A DNA stretch of 40,431 nt, taken from the NCBI GenBank assembly GCA_036676985.1, contig JAKFBU010000015.1:1-40431 (forward strand). Reading direction: 5' to 3'. The position numbers were made by a program, and so were the translations under genes. Shown in pieces: positions 36,858-40,431 of the stretch. A model generated the notes under the pieces. That model had not been told where the DNA came from, made no database searches, and was given only the letters and a program-made list of their open reading frames with translations. The DNA is from Candidatus Sericytochromatia bacterium (GTDB lineage: Bacteria; Cyanobacteriota; Sericytochromatia; S15B-MN24; UBA4093). Each line of letters starts with the position of its first letter. Within the stretch, counting starts at the first letter, position 1.

Positions 36858-38474
36858 TCAGGACTGCGCTGTTCGGGTGCGCGCGGACTGCGAGCGGCTC
36901 TTGACCGGCTTGACCGACGGCTGGGCCTTGGCGATCGCGGGCAGCACCACCGTGAAGGTCGTGCCCACGCCCGGCTCGCTGCGGACCTCGATGCGGCCGC
37001 CGTGCCGCTCGACGATCTCCTTGGTGATGAAGAGGCCGAGGCCCGATCCGGACGTCTGGTTCTCGTTGACCCGGTAGAAGCGGTCGAAGACGTGGGGCAG
37101 GGACTCCTCGGGGATGCCGATGCCCTCGTCCGAGACTTCGAGCACCCAGCGATCGCGCTGCTTCTGCGCCGACATGCGGATGGTCCCGCCTTCCGAGTAC
37201 TTCACGGCGTTGGAGACCAGGTTGACCATCACCTGGGTGAGGCGGTCGTAGTCGGCAAGAATCATGCCGCGCGGCGGGGTCACCGAGAGCTCGAAGCGGT
37301 GGGCCGAGTTTCGGACCTCGAAGGGGCGCAGCACCGTCTTGAGCAGCGACTCGAACCGGAACTTCTTCAGCTCGAGGCTCAGGCGGTTCGACTGGATCTT
37401 GGAGAGGTCCAGCATGTCGTTGATGAGCCGGCCGAGGCGTCCCGCCTCGCTGTGGATGACCTCCAGCAGGGGCAGCTGGTCCGCCCGGGGGATGTCGCGG
37501 GCCATCATCATCTCGACGAAGCCCGAGATGCTCGTGATGGGCGTGCGCAGCTCGTGGGAGACGGTCGAGACGAACTCGTCCTTCATGCGGTCGATCTGGG
37601 TCTCGATGGTCACGTCGCGCACCGAGAGCACGCCGCCGGTGATCTTGCCCGAGGGCTCCACGATGGTCGTGAAGCTGATGGACACGGGCACCTGCTTGCC
37701 GTTGGAGCTCGTCATGGTGGCCGGGCAGCGCGCGTTGAAGCGCTCGCCGTCGCGCAAAGCGCCGTTGAAGGCCTCGAAGATGGCCGCGTAGCGCTCGTTG
37801 GCCTCGACCAGGTCGTCCCAGTAAAGCGTGTAGAGCTCGGCGGCGGACAGGCCGGACAGGGCCTTGAAGGCCTCGTTGAAGGAGACCACTAGCCCCCAGG
37901 AGTCCACGACGAGCAGGCCGTCGATCATGCTCGACAGCACCGCCTCGAGCTCGGCGCGCCGCGTGAGGTTGACCCGGCTGATCTCGACGTTCTCGAGGTG
38001 GATGGCGAGCGGCAGGGCCACCACGCCCAGGATGGGCATGTCCTCGAGCGTGAAGGGCGGCAAATTCTCCGAGCGGAAGAAGACCATTCCGCCGATGAGG
38101 CGCTCGTCGCTCACCAGGGGCACGCCGATGAGGCTCGAGGCCTCGCGGCTGCCGCCGACGGCGAGCGAGGGCCGCTGGTGGTGAAAGATCTCGTTGTAGA
38201 AGGCCCGGATCACCTCGGCGTCGTGGGCCTCTTCGCGGAAGAGCGGGCCGACCTCGGCCATGAGGCGGAGGTTGGTGGGGTCCGTCGCCGACAGCAGGTA
38301 GCCACCGGTGGCTCCGAGGCTCTCTCCGAGCTCCTGGAGAAAATCCTTGAGGATCTCGCCGAGGTCGCCGCGGACGGCGAGCTTGCCGAAGAGCCCGTGC
38401 ATGAGCCCGATCAGGCGCATGGGCGTCATGACGACGGAAGGATTCGTTGGGTTGGGCACGGCCGGTTGATTCAA
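36858..38474 (-). CDS. Cytoplasmic GAF-PAS sensor histidine kinase
   Basis: GAF (LIGVPL..DERLIG), PAS (MIDGLLVVD..G.VV.FN), VSHELRTPITSI, NAVKYS, DEGIGI, GSGLGL. Start uncertain (TTG at 38474 or a downstream ATG). Confidence 0.92.
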   Translation of the reverse strand: MNQPAVPNPTNPSVVMTPMRLIGLMHGLFGKLAVRGDLGEILKDFLQELGESLGATGGYLLSATDPTNLRLMAEVGPLFREEAHDAEVIRAFYNEIFHHQRPSLAVGGSREASSLIGVPLVSDERLIGGMVFFRSENLPPFTLEDMPILGVVALPLAIHLENVEISRVNLTRRAELEAVLSSMIDGLLVVDSWGLVVSFNEAFKALSGLSAAELYTLYWDDLVEANERYAAIFEAFNGALRDGERFNARCPATMTSSNGKQVPVSISFTTIVEPSGKITGGVLSVRDVTIETQIDRMKDEFVSTVSHELRTPITSISGFVEMMMARDIPRADQLPLLEVIHSEAGRLGRLINDMLDLSKIQSNRLSLELKKFRFESLLKTVLRPFEVRNSAHRFELSVTPPRGMILADYDRLTQVMVNLVSNAVKYSEGGTIRMSAQKQRDRWVLEVSDEGIGIPEESLPHVFDRFYRVNENQTSGSGLGLFITKEIVERHGGRIEVRSEPGVGTTFTVVLPAIAKAQPSVKPVKSRSQSARTRTAQS

Positions 38475-38593
38475 GGGTTTGCCTGCGCTGGAACGGACGG
38501 TTGACCGTTAAGAAGCCGATAATCAGGGTATGGAGTCACTATACACCACGGGATCGGGGATCCGATAGTAGTCCCCGAAAGGGGGTGAGAAAA

Positions 38594-38770
38594 ATGCTCA
38601 ATCCGAGGGACATGGTGGGCATCCACTTCCTGGTGAGCACCCAGACGGAGGAGGGGACGTACCAACGGTTGGTTCGCGCGTTCGACGAGGAGGACGCGAT
38701 CGAACAGGTGGTAGCTTATTTAGCGTCCGAAGGGATCCAGTATGGCGACGTCACGACACAGCGATTCTAA
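38594..38770 (+). CDS. Small hypothetical protein (58 aa)
   Basis: GGGGGTG SD-like motif; beta-beta-alpha-like pattern LVRAFDEEDAIEQV; followed by a terminator hairpin. Confidence 0.6.
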   Translation: MLNPRDMVGIHFLVSTQTEEGTYQRLVRAFDEEDAIEQVVAYLASEGIQYGDVTTQRF

Positions 38771-38793
38771 GGCGCCCGAGGGCGACCTGCGAT

Positions 38794-38822
38794 AGCCGGC
38801 CCCCGTTTCTGGGGCCGGCTTC
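38794..38822 (+). terminator. Intrinsic terminator
   Basis: AGCCGGCCCC / GGGGCCGGCT stem. Confidence 0.65.
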
Positions 38823-38825
38823 GTG

Positions 38826-38855
38826 TTGACAGGCCATCAAGATATTCGGTATTAT
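38826..38855 (+). promoter_or_regulatory. Sigma70 promoter of the tRNA operon
   Basis: TTGACA, 18 nt, TATTAT, about 40 nt upstream of the first tRNA. Confidence 0.7.
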
Positions 38856-38894
38856 CCTCAAGTCGTCGCGAGGCGAGAGTCTTACGATGTACTC

Positions 38895-38967
38895 GGGGCT
38901 GTAGCTCAGTTGGTAGAGCGCTTCAATGGCATTGAAGAGGTCAGGAGTTCGATTCTCCTCAGCTCCA
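38895..38967 (+). tRNA. tRNA-Ala (GGC), CCA not encoded
   Basis: Acceptor GGGGCTG/CAGCTCC-A with G3:U70, D-arm GCTCAGTTGGTAGAGC, anticodon arm CTTCA-ATGGCAT-TGAAG, T-loop TTCGATT. Confidence 0.97.
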
Positions 38968-39043
38968 CTTCCCCGAAGCGACTGGGATCGTTAACCATCC
39001 CTTGATCTTTTCATCGGCTTCGATTAAACTAAATAGTGTTCCT

Positions 39044-39116
39044 GGGGTTGTAGCTCAGTTGGTAGAGCGCTTCAATGGCATTGAAGAGGTCAGGAGTTCG
39101 ATTCTCCTCAGCTCCA
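39044..39116 (+). tRNA. tRNA-Ala (GGC) second copy, CCA not encoded
   Basis: Identical to 38895-38967 except C5 to T. Confidence 0.96.
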
Positions 39117-39118
39117 CT

Positions 39119-39152
39119 AAAGGCCCTCGCGTAAGCGGGGGCTTTTTCCTTT
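39119..39152 (+). terminator. Intrinsic terminator of the tRNA operon
   Basis: GCCCTCGC-gtaa-GCGGGGGC followed by TTTTT. Confidence 0.85.
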
Positions 39153-39184
39153 GGTTTCACCTGCTGCGGCCGTAGTCGTGGCGA

Positions 39185-39340
39185 TGGACCCCCGCTTGCG
39201 CGATGGTGACGGGCGTGCCGACTGGCGCCAAAGGTCTGGCTCTCAAAGCGAGAACTAGGTCTTGCTCTCGAAACGAGAACGAGCGCTTGCCTATAAACGT
39301 GAATCGGCACTCCTGTCATTCCCGCGGAAGCGGGAATCCA
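39185..39340. repeat. REP-flanked MITE/REPIN-like element, copy 2 (with internal 25-bp duplication)
   Basis: TGGACCCCCGCTTGCGCGATGGTGACGGG ... CTCCTGTCATTCCCGCGGAAGCGGGAATCCA; core similar to 14442-14575. Confidence 0.8.
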
Positions 39341-39363
39341 GGGCAGGGAACGGGCCAGTAGCG

Positions 39364-40071
39364 CTAGATCCCCGGCGGCGGCGTCAGGAACCCCGTCCCC
39401 CCCGTCTTCCCCTTCACGCCCGTGATCTGCTTCAGGATCAAGAACAGCTTCGTCTGCACGTCGCGGCACTTCTGCAGCTCCGCCTCGAGCGCCGCTCGCG
39501 CCTCCTGAAACGCGCGCTTGCCCTCGATCCGATCCAGGACCGCCTGCACCTCGGGCGGCAGCTCGCCGTCCGGCCCCGGCTCGAAGGCCGGGATCTCTTC
39601 GTCCTCCTCGCGCAGGTTGTAAGGCTCGGCCTGGACGAGGAAGAGCCGGAGCTTGCCCTCCAGACCCGCCGAGAGCTCGCTCTGATAGCTGCGCTCGTCC
39701 GAGACGATCTTATAGACGTACTTCGGATCCCTGAAGGCTGGCACCGTGCTCGGGTCCTTGAGGTACGCCATGATGAAGGCCAGGCGCTTCTGCGACTCCT
39801 CGGCCTTTTGCTCGGGCGTGAGCTCGATGGGCGGAGCGGCGAGGGGCGCCGTGATGGGCGTGGACAAGGGGCCCGTCGAGCGCACGAAGGTCGAGCTCTG
39901 GCTCTGGGGCGGGCGCTGAGCCTGGTTGCCACGGCCGGGCTGCTGCGGCGGGACGTTGCCGGTATTGGGGCGGGACGGAGCGGGCGGCTGGGCCTGGGGA
40001 GCGCCCAGGTTGTCCGTGACCTTCTTGAAGAGGTTTCCAAAGAACCCCTTGCCGGATTCGCCGTTCGACAT
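39364..40071 (-). CDS. Hypothetical protein, P/Q-rich N-terminus and helical/coiled-coil C-terminus
   Basis: RBS AGGAG, GC3-biased codons, 235 aa; no family recognised. Confidence 0.8.
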   Translation of the reverse strand: MSNGESGKGFFGNLFKKVTDNLGAPQAQPPAPSRPNTGNVPPQQPGRGNQAQRPPQSQSSTFVRSTGPLSTPITAPLAAPPIELTPEQKAEESQKRLAFIMAYLKDPSTVPAFRDPKYVYKIVSDERSYQSELSAGLEGKLRLFLVQAEPYNLREEDEEIPAFEPGPDGELPPEVQAVLDRIEGKRAFQEARAALEAELQKCRDVQTKLFLILKQITGVKGKTGGTGFLTPPPGI

Positions 40072-40311
40072 GTGTTTCTCCTGTGTCGATCCGCCCTGAC
40101 TGGCTTCTCTATACCCGTTGCGAGGTCTACCCGCACTCTGGACGAGTAAGCGAGCGAACCCTCGTTTGTGTGGCTACCATCAAAAGTCTATTAAATATCT
40201 GTGAAACGCAGAAAGAAAGGCAGGGGGAAGTGGCATAAGGGAGCAGGAAGGGTTACGGTTAAGCGTAACCAAAGTGGTTGGTAAAGTTCAGTATTTTAGG
40301 AGGATTCAAAA

Positions 40312-40431
40312 ATGGGAGCACCTGTTTCCGCTTCGGGTAGCCCTGGGTTCGATCAGGCTTCGGCCAACGCGACGATTGCGGTTCAGAACGCATCGCAGCA
40401 GGTGGCTCAGAAGGTCAAGGAGATGGACGAC
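40312..40431 (+). CDS. Hypothetical protein, 3'-truncated by window edge
   Basis: Strong RBS AGGAGG then ATG; open to the end: MGAPVSASGSPGFDQASANATIAVQNASQQVAQKVKEMDD. Confidence 0.7.
   Translation, partial: MGAPVSASGSPGFDQASANATIAVQNASQQVAQKVKEMDD

Noticed and set aside
38515-38522. Sigma28 -10 element GCCGATAA upstream of the 58-aa ORF
   Set aside because: No TAAA -35 at the expected 15-nt spacing, so it is not supportable alone.
38895-39116. tRNA duplication as attL/attR of an integrated element
   Set aside because: Both copies are full length, only 76 nt apart, and there is no integrase or cargo.
35906-39116. Functional link between dtd (clears Gly-tRNA-Ala) and the nearby tRNA-Ala genes
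   Set aside because: They are separated by three unrelated genes and terminators; proximity is probably coincidental.

Overview
A high-GC (roughly two-thirds by eye) bacterial chromosomal segment with about 45 protein-coding genes, two tandem tRNA-Ala(GGC) genes and four REP/MITE-like palindromic elements. I see no prophage, IS, integrase or CRISPR array. Recognisable genes include a poly-HAMP hybrid histidine kinase with a REC-kinase partner, MoeB-rhodanese, a deoxyhypusine-synthase-like enzyme, DUF885, GDPD, DUF2330, hflX, a short family-A DNA polymerase, recD2, an aldo/keto reductase, a CYTH protein, acylphosphatase, dtd and a KGG stress protein. The many orphan lipoproteins, long-form HflX and CCA-less tRNAs are compatible with a non-photosynthetic cyanobacteria-related lineage such as Sericytochromatia, but this is a weak inference. 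The best candidate for an undescribed system is the four-lipoprotein locus at 18149-22241. Two members share an N-terminal domain with a first strand followed by an R-x-x-Q loop, and all four end in a similar beta-strand-like motif, including a 72-aa lipoprotein that is little more than anchor, linker and strand. This suggests donor-strand-exchange assembly analogous to Bacteroidia type V pili (hypothesis). Other highlights are a LeuB homologue lacking several catalytic residues, a LexA-type box inside the promoter of a VOC gene, apparently leaderless DNA-repair genes, and a modular REP-flanked element present twice.
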